DNA from: Sporosarcina sp. 6E9 | Lineage (GTDB): Bacteria > Bacillota > Bacilli > Bacillales_A > Planococcaceae | Direction: 5' to 3' | NCBI RefSeq assembly: GCF_017921835.1 | Contig: NZ_JAGEMN010000001.1 | Location: forward strand, 155,874 to 179,873 | Length of the DNA stretch: 24,000 nucleotides | Shown here: positions 15,003 through 23,940 of the stretch, one piece after another | Layout of the letters: the number at the start of each line of letters is the position of its first letter | How positions within the stretch are numbered: the first letter of the stretch is position 1 | Position numbers and translations under genes: made by a program | The notes under the pieces: generated by a model | What the model saw: the letters and a program-made list of their open reading frames with translations, nothing else | What the model was told of the DNA's origin: nothing | Database searches by the model: none

Positions 15003-15422
15003 ATGACTAAAGATGAGTTACGAACAAGACTGACAATATTACGCGATCAACATGTCATTAACGAACGGGCTTACGAAGTAACAAACATGGCTTTTGATAA
15101 GCTAATCGAATGCCTACAAGTAGACGATGTGACACAAGCAGAAATGTTGTTTACGCATTTACCAACAGCACTCACAAGAATTTCACAAGGTGAAGATGTT
15201 GAAGGGCCGTCAGCGGAAATGCTGGTAGAAATTAAACAATCCGAATACTATCCAATCGCTAGACAACAAGTTGACTATATTGAGAGCGTTTGGAAGGAAG
15301 CGATACCAAAAGCAGAAATTGATTTTTTATTATTACATTATACAAATGTCATTACGATAAACCAGGGAGGCAATCAGAATGAAAATTGTTGTTGGAGGAC
15401 AAATGGAAAAGAAAGAAATTGA
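15003..15422 (+). CDS. yhfY: YhfY-like small PRD-domain protein
   Basis: Assigned mainly from size (139 aa versus ~120) and from its position between the yhfZ-like and yhfU-like genes. RBS gggagg. Its 3' end overlaps the next gene by 44 nt. Confidence 0.5.
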   Translation: MTKDELRTRLTILRDQHVINERAYEVTNMAFDKLIECLQVDDVTQAEMLFTHLPTALTRISQGEDVEGPSAEMLVEIKQSEYYPIARQQVDYIESVWKEAIPKAEIDFLLLHYTNVITINQGGNQNENCCWRTNGKERN

Positions 15423-15738
15423 ACGAATGATTAAGGAGTTTGATCCATCGATTGAAACGACGATCAAATCTGATGTCGAAGCTGCAATGGCACTTAAAAC
15501 GGGACAAGTTGATTATTATTTAGGGGCTTGTCATACAGGTGGTGGCGGTGCATTAGCGATGGCCATTGCCATCATTGGCCGAAATCAATGTGAAACCGTA
15601 TCGATGCCAGGAAAACAGCCAGTAGAAGAAAAAGTGATCGAGGCAGTTAATGAGGGTAAAAAAGCATTTGGATTCACAGGGGATCATGCAAATCAAGCTG
15701 TTCCAATGATTTTACGAGCCATTAAGAACAAAAACTAA
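15379..15738 (+). CDS. yhfU: YhfU-like protein (DUF2620)
   Basis: A 119-aa protein with MKIVVGG...DVEAAMALKTGQVDYYLGACHTGGGGALAMAIAIIG, the Gly-rich GAC.TG.G.AL core I associate with YhfU/DUF2620. RBS gggagg, 7 nt before the ATG. Confidence 0.65.
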   Translation: MKIVVGGQMEKKEIERMIKEFDPSIETTIKSDVEAAMALKTGQVDYYLGACHTGGGGALAMAIAIIGRNQCETVSMPGKQPVEEKVIEAVNEGKKAFGFTGDHANQAVPMILRAIKNKN

Positions 15739-15766
15739 CTAAATTCAACCAGGGGGAGTGGGAAAA

Positions 15767-17059
15767 ATGGAAACATTGTTTATCGTTTTAATAGGTGCAG
15801 TAGCAGCCGTATTGGCTAACCAAAACATTGCTGTCTTTAATGATGGGTTACGTCCAATCGTTTCTGAACATGTTCAAGGAAATTTAAAGCGGAGAGATTT
15901 AGGTCTAACTGCATTTGCTATGAGTTTTGGATTGGTAATTGGATTTGGGATTCCTTTTACCATCACGGCGAGTATTATTTTAGTGCATAGTATTTTACTA
16001 GGTACTGATATCATTGGTTTAGTTGCCCCAAAAAATAAGTGGGGGAGTACAGTTGCGGCCATTGTCGGCGGTCTGTACGGGTGGGGTTTGTTAGCTGGGT
16101 TGGAAGGCTTTGTGAAATTATTTGAACACTTACCTGTTAACTTCTTAGATGCCATGGGCGAAGTTGGAACCCCAGTTGTGGTTACATTTATGGCTTTTCC
16201 AGCAATTGCTGTTGCGATGCAGTTTAGTATTCGTAAAGGTGTTTTAACCTTTGTAGTCGCGGCACTTGTTCGTCAGTTAGCTGTGTTTGTGAATACAGGT
16301 GGTTTTTTATCAATTGGTGGCAATGCGATTACGTTAAACCAAGAAGGTATGGCGTTAATTGTTGGAATGATTTTCCTATTTACTTATGCCATTAAAGAAA
16401 AAACGACTGATGGTTCAACAATTGATTTAGCAGCTGTTTTTGGTGATAAAGTGAAAGCGATCCGTAAAAATGTTGTTTTCTTCATGATCATTGGTGCGTT
16501 AATCGCGGGTGCGACGAACCTCTTATTAATGGCAGGAGATCCGATATCTTTAAGCTTACTTGCAGATGGGCAAAAGAATGATGCTGGGATTGCAGCAGCG
16601 GCTAGGGCCATTGGCTTTATCCCGTTAATCGCAAGTACAGCCATTGTAACGGGTGTTTATAGTCCAGTTGGATTTACACTCATTTTTGTTGTGGGTCTTT
16701 TCTCTCCAAATGTATGGATTGCGGTTATTGTCGGTGCCATCGTTATCTTTGGAGAAGTAATCCTGTTAGGATCAATTGCACGTTTCCTAGACAAATATCC
16801 TGGCGTTCGTAATTCTGGTGATAACATTCGTAATGCGATGACAAAAATTCTTGAAGTTGCTTTATTAATCGGTGGTGCGAATGCAGCTAACCTCATTGCA
16901 CCTGGATTTGGTTTCTTCTTTATCGCAGGATTCTATCTATTGAACGAAGTAGCAGGACGTCCAATCGTGCGTATGGCAATTGGACCAATTGGCGCGATTG
17001 CGGTTGGAATTATCGCGAATATCTTAGTGTTGCTAGGCATTATGGCAATTCCATCATAA
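15767..17059 (+). CDS. yhfT: YhfT-like polytopic membrane protein (putative transporter)
   Basis: About 430 aa and highly hydrophobic, with many predicted TM helices. The N-terminal ...ANQNIAVFNDGLRPIV resembles YhfT. The ORF opens at GTG 15758, but ATG 15767 is 9 nt after aggggga. Confidence 0.65.
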   Translation: METLFIVLIGAVAAVLANQNIAVFNDGLRPIVSEHVQGNLKRRDLGLTAFAMSFGLVIGFGIPFTITASIILVHSILLGTDIIGLVAPKNKWGSTVAAIVGGLYGWGLLAGLEGFVKLFEHLPVNFLDAMGEVGTPVVVTFMAFPAIAVAMQFSIRKGVLTFVVAALVRQLAVFVNTGGFLSIGGNAITLNQEGMALIVGMIFLFTYAIKEKTTDGSTIDLAAVFGDKVKAIRKNVVFFMIIGALIAGATNLLLMAGDPISLSLLADGQKNDAGIAAAARAIGFIPLIASTAIVTGVYSPVGFTLIFVVGLFSPNVWIAVIVGAIVIFGEVILLGSIARFLDKYPGVRNSGDNIRNAMTKILEVALLIGGANAANLIAPGFGFFFIAGFYLLNEVAGRPIVRMAIGPIGAIAVGIIANILVLLGIMAIPS

Positions 17060-17100
17060 AACCAGTCTATGTCTTAATCGCATCTTAGGAGTGAATGATA

Positions 17101-18015
17101 ATGATTCAAACTGTACAAGGGAAAATTAAAAAAGAGGATTTAGGAATATGTGCGGCTCATGAGCATCTTTCTATTGATTTATCAAGAATCAAAAATGATC
17201 CAGATACAATTTTAGATGATGAAGCGGGCATGGCGTCTGAATTAGCGCATTTTCACCGTGCTGGTGGGCGCTCTATGATTGAGTTAACCAATGAAGGTAT
17301 GGGTCGTGACACTGAACGGCTCAAACGTCTTAGTGAACAATCAAACATTCATATCATCACATGTACCGGTTTTTATAAAGATCCATTTATCCCAGAATTT
17401 GCACAAGGTTGGGACCGTGATCAATTTGCCGCGCATTTCATCCGTGAGATTGAACATGGGATTGGGGACACGGGAATTTTTCCGGGAATCATTGGTGAAG
17501 TAGGTACAAGTCACAATGAAATTAAACCGGTAGAAAATGAATTAATCATCGGTGCTGGCATGGCCGCTTTAAAAACAGGTGTAACTGTGACCACCCATAC
17601 GACCCTGGGAACGATGGGAATTGAGCAAATCGATATGTTGTTTAAACTAGGTGTCCCAAAAGAACAAATTATTATTGGGCACCAAGATTTAAACGCCAAT
17701 AAAGATGAAGTGCTTGAGGTGCTGCAATCCGGCGCTTATATCGGATTTGACACGATTGGAAAGAATAATTATAGACCTGATGAAGAACGCATTGCATTTT
17801 TACTAGACTTTATCGAACGAGGATATCATCAGCAAATTCTCTTATCGGCAGATTTAACGAGAAAATCTCATTGGCGAAAGCATGATGGACCTGGTTATGA
17901 CCTTGTTTTAAGGGATTTTATACCTGCATTAAAACAAAATGGCGTAACAGATGAAATGATTGATGATTTTCTCATCCATAATCCAGCAAATGCATTAGCA
18001 ATAAAGGAGCGGTAA
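17101..18015 (+). CDS. php: phosphotriesterase homology protein (Php/YhfV; amidohydrolase superfamily, binuclear metal site)
   Basis: The ligand pattern reads CAAHEHL (HxH), IIGEVGTS (a Glu rather than the carbamylated Lys, as in Php), VTTHT, IIGHQD and LLSADL (Asp). About 305 aa. ATG 17101 is better spaced from aggag than ATG 17095. Confidence 0.8.
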   Translation: MIQTVQGKIKKEDLGICAAHEHLSIDLSRIKNDPDTILDDEAGMASELAHFHRAGGRSMIELTNEGMGRDTERLKRLSEQSNIHIITCTGFYKDPFIPEFAQGWDRDQFAAHFIREIEHGIGDTGIFPGIIGEVGTSHNEIKPVENELIIGAGMAALKTGVTVTTHTTLGTMGIEQIDMLFKLGVPKEQIIIGHQDLNANKDEVLEVLQSGAYIGFDTIGKNNYRPDEERIAFLLDFIERGYHQQILLSADLTRKSHWRKHDGPGYDLVLRDFIPALKQNGVTDEMIDDFLIHNPANALAIKER

Positions 18016-18016
18016 T

Positions 18017-19153
18017 ATGGCTTATGATTTCTCTAAGTTAAAATATGCAGAATCAGTTATTCCGTCCAGGAGTATTCAAGAGGCACAGGATTTACAATTT
18101 AAGTTAGTCGATTGTATGCGTAAGCATTTTACCGGCGATCAATTTTTGTCGCTTGGTGATTTGGGCGTCGTTCCTGGATTACAACGACCAGCGCAAACAA
18201 AACGAGTTGAGGAAACTTTAGCAGACTTTTTTGGTACAGAAAGCGCGGCTTTAGTGAGAGGTGCAGGTACTGGTGCCATCCGTACAATCTTAAGTACATT
18301 GGTTGAACCAGGTGATAAGATGTTTATTCATCAGGCACCTGTTTATTCAACAACGGTAGAAACCTTTCGTTCACTTGGTATTGAAACGAAGCCTGTTGAT
18401 TACAATGATTTGGCTGCGGTTGAAGAAACCTTGAAAAAGGATACGACATGTAAAGTGTTTTACATTCAACATGCGAGACAACAACCGACAGATACGTATG
18501 ATCTTAAAGTGGTTATTCATTTAGTCAAAATGGTGCGTCCGGATGTCACCATCGTCAGTGATGACAATTACTGCGCCTTGAAAGCATATGGAATTGCTGC
18601 CGAATACGGTGCGGATTACTCTACATTCTCTGGGTTCAAGGTGCTTGGACCCGAGGGAATTGGTGTCATTGCAGGAAAAAAAGAAGCAATCTCATTATTA
18701 CAACATCGAAATTACTCTGGTGGTGGACAAGTTCAAGGTTACGAAGCGATGGAATTATTGCGGATGATGACATTCGCACCCGTTATGCTTGCGATACAAA
18801 ACGAACAAGTCCAAGAGGTTTGCCAACGATTAAATGAAGGCGAGATTGCTGGTGTCGAATCAGCCTATATGGTCAATGCGCAGTCAAAAGTAGTCATTCT
18901 TGAGTTGGATGAGCCAATTGCGCAACAGGTGATTCAAGCAAGCAATGAATTAGGTGCAGCGACACATCCCGTTGGCGCGGAATCGAAATATGAAATCCTA
19001 CCAATGATTTATCGGGTGTCAGGTACATTTCTTGCGGCCCAACCAAGGTTGAAAGAATATGGAATTAGGATTAATCCGATGAAATCAGGTGCTTCGACCG
19101 TATTAAACATCCTAGATAAAGCCATTAAACAAGTAAAAGAAGCGCGCGCATAA
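18017..19153 (+). CDS. yhfS: YhfS-like PLP-dependent enzyme (fold type I)
   Basis: Its 378 aa compares with ~360 for YhfS. A candidate PLP-lysine lies in a YSTFSGFKVLGPEGIG (S-x-x-K) context, and VSDDNY is an Asp-containing cofactor motif. The gene is translationally coupled: the php stop is at 18013-18015 and this ATG is at 18017. Confidence 0.65.
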   Translation: MAYDFSKLKYAESVIPSRSIQEAQDLQFKLVDCMRKHFTGDQFLSLGDLGVVPGLQRPAQTKRVEETLADFFGTESAALVRGAGTGAIRTILSTLVEPGDKMFIHQAPVYSTTVETFRSLGIETKPVDYNDLAAVEETLKKDTTCKVFYIQHARQQPTDTYDLKVVIHLVKMVRPDVTIVSDDNYCALKAYGIAAEYGADYSTFSGFKVLGPEGIGVIAGKKEAISLLQHRNYSGGGQVQGYEAMELLRMMTFAPVMLAIQNEQVQEVCQRLNEGEIAGVESAYMVNAQSKVVILELDEPIAQQVIQASNELGAATHPVGAESKYEILPMIYRVSGTFLAAQPRLKEYGIRINPMKSGASTVLNILDKAIKQVKEARA

Positions 19154-19177
19154 TATAGAGTACGGGAGGCTACTTCC

Positions 19178-20338
19178 ATGTTTTTGGACGTTACAAAACG
19201 AAGAAATTCCGAATTAATTAAAACGGGCGTTACGCTACATCAGGCGGGGGAAATCCCGCCTAACACCTATATCATTGATGTAGATATTTTGCGAGAAAAT
19301 GTAAGGAAATTAGTTCAAACTGCAGATCAAGCTATGATGGAATTATATTTAATGTCAAAACAATTAGGCCGTTTTCCTGAGATAGCAAAAATCATTGTGG
19401 AAGAAGGCATTACAAAAGCTGTGGCTGTAGATTTTGATGAAGGAAAAATATTGGCTGATCACGGAATAGCAATTGGGAATATTGGCCATTTAGTTCAACC
19501 TGGAAAACATCAGTGGGCAGAGGTATTAAGCTGGAAACCTGAAGTGGTCACGATTTTTTCGTATGAACGAGCGAAACAACTTTCTAATGCAACTGAACGA
19601 TTAGGCGTTAGCCAAGACATCATCCTGAAAGTATATGATGAACAAGATATGCTATATCCCGGTCAAGAAGGCGGTATCTTATTACAAAATTTAGCTGAAG
19701 AAATCGATAGCATTCAGCAACTTCCAGGTGTGGATATTGTGGGGCTTACAACATTTCCTAATCTACAACTAAATGCTACCAAGACGGAAATGGTACCAAC
19801 CCATAACTTAACAACGTTACTTGAAGCTAAAAAAGTCTTGATTCAAAAAGGAATTGCAATTAAGCAAATCAACGGGCCAAGCGGAACAAGTTGTGAAACG
19901 ATTCCATTTTTAGCTGCGCAAGGTATTACGCATAGTGAACCGGGTCACGGGCTGACAGGGACAACCCCACTTCATGCCTTTAAAGATCTACCGGAAAAAC
20001 CAGCGATTATTTATGTAACGGAAGTGTCGCATCAGGTTCGTGATAGCTATCAAGTCATTGCGGGTGGCTATTATGGTCGCTCCAATATGGAGGGCTGTTT
20101 AGTCGGAAGTGATCCAAATTCTATCTTCAATCAATATGCAAAGGCCGAACAGTTGAATCCCGACTCCATCGACTATTATGGACTCATTAATCATCAGGAT
20201 GACTTTTCGATCGAGATTGGAGACACCGCGATATTTGCCTTTCGCACACAAATCTTTGTCACCCGGGCTCATGTTGCTTTAGTCGAGGGAATCCAAAAAG
20301 GTCAACCTAAATTGATACATTTTGAAAGGAAGTGGTGA
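19178..20338 (+). CDS. yhfX: YhfX-like protein (alanine-racemase N-terminal-domain / fold type III PLP family)
   Basis: Its 386 aa compares with ~387 for YhfX. The N-terminus MFLDVTKRRNSELIKTGVTLHQAGEIPPNTYIIDVDIL fits my recollection of YhfX. Operon position also fits. RBS gggagg. Confidence 0.6.
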   Translation: MFLDVTKRRNSELIKTGVTLHQAGEIPPNTYIIDVDILRENVRKLVQTADQAMMELYLMSKQLGRFPEIAKIIVEEGITKAVAVDFDEGKILADHGIAIGNIGHLVQPGKHQWAEVLSWKPEVVTIFSYERAKQLSNATERLGVSQDIILKVYDEQDMLYPGQEGGILLQNLAEEIDSIQQLPGVDIVGLTTFPNLQLNATKTEMVPTHNLTTLLEAKKVLIQKGIAIKQINGPSGTSCETIPFLAAQGITHSEPGHGLTGTTPLHAFKDLPEKPAIIYVTEVSHQVRDSYQVIAGGYYGRSNMEGCLVGSDPNSIFNQYAKAEQLNPDSIDYYGLINHQDDFSIEIGDTAIFAFRTQIFVTRAHVALVEGIQKGQPKLIHFERKW

Positions 20339-20342
20339 CATC

Positions 20343-21575
20343 ATGGCTAAAATGATGTTACTCGTGATCGACAGTTTTGGGATTGGTGCAATGGATGATT
20401 GTAAAGATTATGTAGCGACAGACTGTCAGGCGATGACTTATCAACATATTCGAGAGATTAAAAAAGAAAAACTCCATATCCCAACGATGTATTCTCTCGG
20501 ACTTGGTGCACTTGTCGATGGCAAATCTGAGCCAGGGAATGCTTTTGGGTATTCAAAATTAGCCCATCACGGCGCTGATACGTATTTAGGACATCAGGAG
20601 ATTGCCGGGAGCTGTCCGAAAAACTCAACTAAACGATTGATGAAGGATATCCATCAAGACATGAAACAAGCATTAGAAGAAAGCGGTTATGAAGTACGCT
20701 ATCCAATTGAAGGGAGTCCAATCCTTTTAGTGAATGAAGCCGCTGTTGTCGCAGATAATTTAGAATCAGCTGTTGGAAATATAATTAATATAACAGCTGA
20801 TTTTAAAAAGATGCCTTTCAGAGAACTGAAAAAACTAGGAAATGTCGTCCGTAAAAACGTAGATACGTCTAGAGTAATCGCTTTTGGTGGCCCTCACACG
20901 TCGATTGAAAAAATACTTTCTTGTGTTGAGGAGACCGATCAAAACCAATGGGGCGTAGACACCCCAAAAGCAGGTGTCTATGGAAAAGGCTACGAGGTCT
21001 ACCATATGGGTTATGGAGTAGAAGTAGAAAAACAATTCCCAATGATAGCGGCAAAACATGGACTACCTGTCTATCGTCTCGGCAAAACAGCTGATGTTCT
21101 GCACGGTAAGGGCGTTGCAGAGCCGATTGTCGATACGACCCAGTTATTAAAGCGAGTAGCCGAAGCATACCATCAAGAAAAAAATGATGCTGCATTTTTA
21201 ATTAATGTTCAAGAAACGGACTTAGCAGGTCATTCCGAAGATGTTGATTGGTATGCCGCTTTACTGAACGAAGTCGATAGTTGGTTGACGGATTTTATCC
21301 CAACGATGGTAGCAGATGATCTACTCATTATCATGGCTGACCACGGTAATGATCCTACCATAGGACACTCCAACCATACGAGAGAATACGTCCCAATTCT
21401 GATTGTCGGTGAAAAGGTGAAAAAAGCGAATATTGGTTTACGCAACACAATGTCAGACATCGGCGCGACATTGTGTGACTTTTATGGATTGCCCATGACT
21501 GCAGAAGGAACTAGTTTTTTAGATGAAATTATCGATCGGAAGGAATTTATGATTTCGTGTAAAGTGAGTGAATGA
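20343..21575 (+). CDS. yhfW: YhfW-like phosphopentomutase-family metalloenzyme (alkaline-phosphatase superfamily)
   Basis: LLVIDSFGIGAMDD, ETDLAGH, IIMADHGNDPT and HTREYVPILIVG are DeoB-type phosphomutase metal and active-site motifs. The likely start is ATG 20343, 4 nt after the upstream stop. The ORF-track TTG at 20322 lies inside yhfX. Confidence 0.75.
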   Translation: MAKMMLLVIDSFGIGAMDDCKDYVATDCQAMTYQHIREIKKEKLHIPTMYSLGLGALVDGKSEPGNAFGYSKLAHHGADTYLGHQEIAGSCPKNSTKRLMKDIHQDMKQALEESGYEVRYPIEGSPILLVNEAAVVADNLESAVGNIINITADFKKMPFRELKKLGNVVRKNVDTSRVIAFGGPHTSIEKILSCVEETDQNQWGVDTPKAGVYGKGYEVYHMGYGVEVEKQFPMIAAKHGLPVYRLGKTADVLHGKGVAEPIVDTTQLLKRVAEAYHQEKNDAAFLINVQETDLAGHSEDVDWYAALLNEVDSWLTDFIPTMVADDLLIIMADHGNDPTIGHSNHTREYVPILIVGEKVKKANIGLRNTMSDIGATLCDFYGLPMTAEGTSFLDEIIDRKEFMISCKVSE

Positions 21576-21604
21576 CAGTGGGTTACAATAATATACTTCT
21601 ATTC

Positions 21605-21641
21605 AAAAGACGATTTCTATCATTTAAAGAAATCGTCTTTT
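21605..21641. terminator. rho-independent terminator closing the operon
   Basis: Perfect 13-bp stem, aaaagacgatttc (21605-21617) / gaaatcgtctttt (21629-21641), with an 11-nt loop. Confidence 0.75.
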
Positions 21642-21733
21642 GGTGCGCTTTGAATTCAATGTTTACAACAGCTTAACCCGTCACTTAATGGATATATTTT
21701 TTATCATTGGTACTTCATCTAAATTTTTTATGT

Positions 21734-23320
21734 TTATTTGCTTTTAATAATTCTTTTAATAATATCATGATTCTCTTCTTTGGAATTTAAGGTAAGCTCA
21801 AAGCACTTTTTTGATTCGCTATAATATGCAGTGACACTCATATCATCTAGTAATATATTACTTCTAATATCAGTAAGAGCATCTACTAAAGAAATATGTT
21901 CCTGTTTTTTATGGCTATAGTCATTTAACCCGGTTTTATATTCTGCTTCTAAAGTGATATATCTGCGATCAAAATAATCATCAGCTTTGATGGGGTTAAA
22001 TTTTCTGCGATACAAACTACCGTTTAAATATCGCAAATCAGGATAGAAATCCTCTTCTATATATTCGGCATCCGAAATACCATTACTAATATAATAAACC
22101 TGACAATTAATCTGATTGTTAATTTTCCATCTGACTGTTAATCGAATTATTTCAGAGTTGTAATAATAGGATTGATAGCTTTTACCTGAATTCGATAGAT
22201 CGAAAAAAAGTTGTAATTCATTTTCCGTTATAGGCTCATCTATTTTCAAAATCTCATCTTTTAGTGGGAAAGAGTCATATTTTCTGAATGGATAAATTAA
22301 TCCGTGCTTATTAAATGACTTTTTTGTAAAATATAATGATTCGTATTCTGCTTCTAAACTATTCATCTTCTCTTTAATGCGTTCGATTTCTTTGATTTCA
22401 GTTATACAAAAGTTTAAATAATCAAACTCATAGTTTTTATTTTTAAAATAAGTAGCTAGATACTTTTTTGCTGGAATGTCATTTTCAAAAATAACCTTTT
22501 TCATTCTACCAAGAAGCAGTTTATTTTCACCGACACTAGTCTTAGAAAGTGATGATATAATTGCTTCTTCCAGGTTACTTATTTGGTTAGAGTATTCGGT
22601 GTATAAGTCATTTATTCTTTTATAGTCTTGATCATATCTCTCTGAGGGAAATTCTAATTCAATTTTTAATGATTCATATTCACTTAAGATGTTAGGACTA
22701 ATCTCTTCTGATTCAGAAATTAAAAATGACTTTAAAAAGTTGAATCGGGAGTATCCGAAGTCGGTAAGATTTTTCAAATTGTTGAACTCCCAAATTTTTA
22801 ATTTTACCGAATCCCCATTTGTTTTGTTATAACCATCCTTAGTATCAGTGAGAGATAGTAATTGATTAAAGCCGAAAAAACTACTCAAAAACTCTTGAAT
22901 AAGCTGTCTTTCAAGACTAATGGACTCATCTTGATCTGTATTTTTAATTATTACCATTTTTAAGTCAGATAATTGACAGTTATTATCTACCATGTATTTG
23001 AATATTTTACATGATTTATAGGAACCTTCATAAAAAGGAATCGTGTTCCTGAAAAAATATCTGTAGTACTCATTATAGGAGAGGCGATTAAGTGCCAATA
23101 TTTCTTTTTTATGTTCTTTCCATCTTTTTTGAAAGTTATTAGTTCTACCAATATAGATAGGCAGCACGGAAGATGAAGTGAAATTATCTACATAAAGAAG
23201 ATATACTCCTGATTTTTTATTTTTTGTAAAGTTATTAACGTGATTATTTCTTCTTAGATTAATCAATTCCAGTACTTTTCTTTTAATAACGTTAAACGTT
23301 TCAGGTACTTCATCATTCAT
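21734..23320 (-). CDS. GIY-YIG nuclease-domain protein with a large uncharacterised C-terminal region
   Basis: GVYLLY-x10-PIYIGRTNNFQKRWKEH ... SLERQLIQEFLSSFFGFNQ supplies GIY, YIG, Arg, His, Glu and Asn in canonical GIY-YIG order (nt 22862-23218). The remaining ~375 aa are rich in coiled-coil-like segments and have no motif I can place. The ORF opens at 23503, but an RBS (aagggg, 23330-23335) 9 nt before ATG 23320 (MNDEVPE...) marks the likelier start. Confidence 0.75.
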   Translation of the reverse strand: MNDEVPETFNVIKRKVLELINLRRNNHVNNFTKNKKSGVYLLYVDNFTSSSVLPIYIGRTNNFQKRWKEHKKEILALNRLSYNEYYRYFFRNTIPFYEGSYKSCKIFKYMVDNNCQLSDLKMVIIKNTDQDESISLERQLIQEFLSSFFGFNQLLSLTDTKDGYNKTNGDSVKLKIWEFNNLKNLTDFGYSRFNFLKSFLISESEEISPNILSEYESLKIELEFPSERYDQDYKRINDLYTEYSNQISNLEEAIISSLSKTSVGENKLLLGRMKKVIFENDIPAKKYLATYFKNKNYEFDYLNFCITEIKEIERIKEKMNSLEAEYESLYFTKKSFNKHGLIYPFRKYDSFPLKDEILKIDEPITENELQLFFDLSNSGKSYQSYYYNSEIIRLTVRWKINNQINCQVYYISNGISDAEYIEEDFYPDLRYLNGSLYRRKFNPIKADDYFDRRYITLEAEYKTGLNDYSHKKQEHISLVDALTDIRSNILLDDMSVTAYYSESKKCFELTLNSKEENHDIIKRIIKSK

Positions 23321-23940
23321 ATTTATAATCCCCTTTAGAAGATTTATTTTTAATATCATTAAATTCCATTTTTGCGTATCCTTACAACACCCAGCGTGAT
23401 TATAATTGAAGCGCCATTGAACAAGTTTTAAAACCACGGTTAGTTCTTGAAGTGCATATTCGTTAGAAGTATCAGTCTCATACTCGTCTATTCGCTCGTG
23501 CATTTTTTATTGGCCTGTGATTAAGTATTAATTGATTTTGGGATAGGCATAGTCTTCTTTCACTTTTGGAACCTTCTTACTGATTGTAGCATGATTTATG
23601 TCGATTCGTTAGACTATTAAGTATATATTCAGTAGGAAAGACTATGTGCTTAAAGAATTAGAAAGTAAATCGTTTCCAAATAAAATGAATGGAGTTATGG
23701 TTCATTGGCATGATTGTATAATAAAGAGACAGAATAAAATATATTCAAACATTGTTTTTTACTTAATGCTGGTTTTGGTATTAGTGCGCTCTTATACAGT
23801 GAGAACAGTAACCGTTCAAAATGTAGATTTAACACCATATTGTGAAGTAGGGCGAGCAGGTAACGAATTTATTATTTAATTAGCACTTCGTTCATCTGAC
23901 TTATAAATGAGAAATACTTTTTTTCTTAGGGGGATATACA

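Noticed and set aside
12365-21460. Short ORFs antisense to or nested in the hydrolase gene and the operon (12365-12550, 13636-13854, 14250-14477, 15874-16155, 16384-16644, 16657-16896, 17291-17503, 17511-17699, 20835-21059, 20869-21195, 21230-21460)
   Set aside because: Each overlaps a longer ORF with clear family motifs and a proper RBS. None has its own translation signals.
23321-23503. 61-codon N-terminal extension of the GIY-YIG ORF (MHERIDEYETD...)
   Set aside because: There is no Shine-Dalgarno sequence before ATG 23503, while ATG 23320 has aagggg 9 nt upstream. The extension has a different composition and no GIY-YIG-related role. It is kept only as an alternative start.
23646-23879. 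77-aa plus-strand ORF
   Set aside because: It has a GTG start without an RBS, sits in AT-rich intergenic sequence, and encodes an implausible product. It is probably non-coding.
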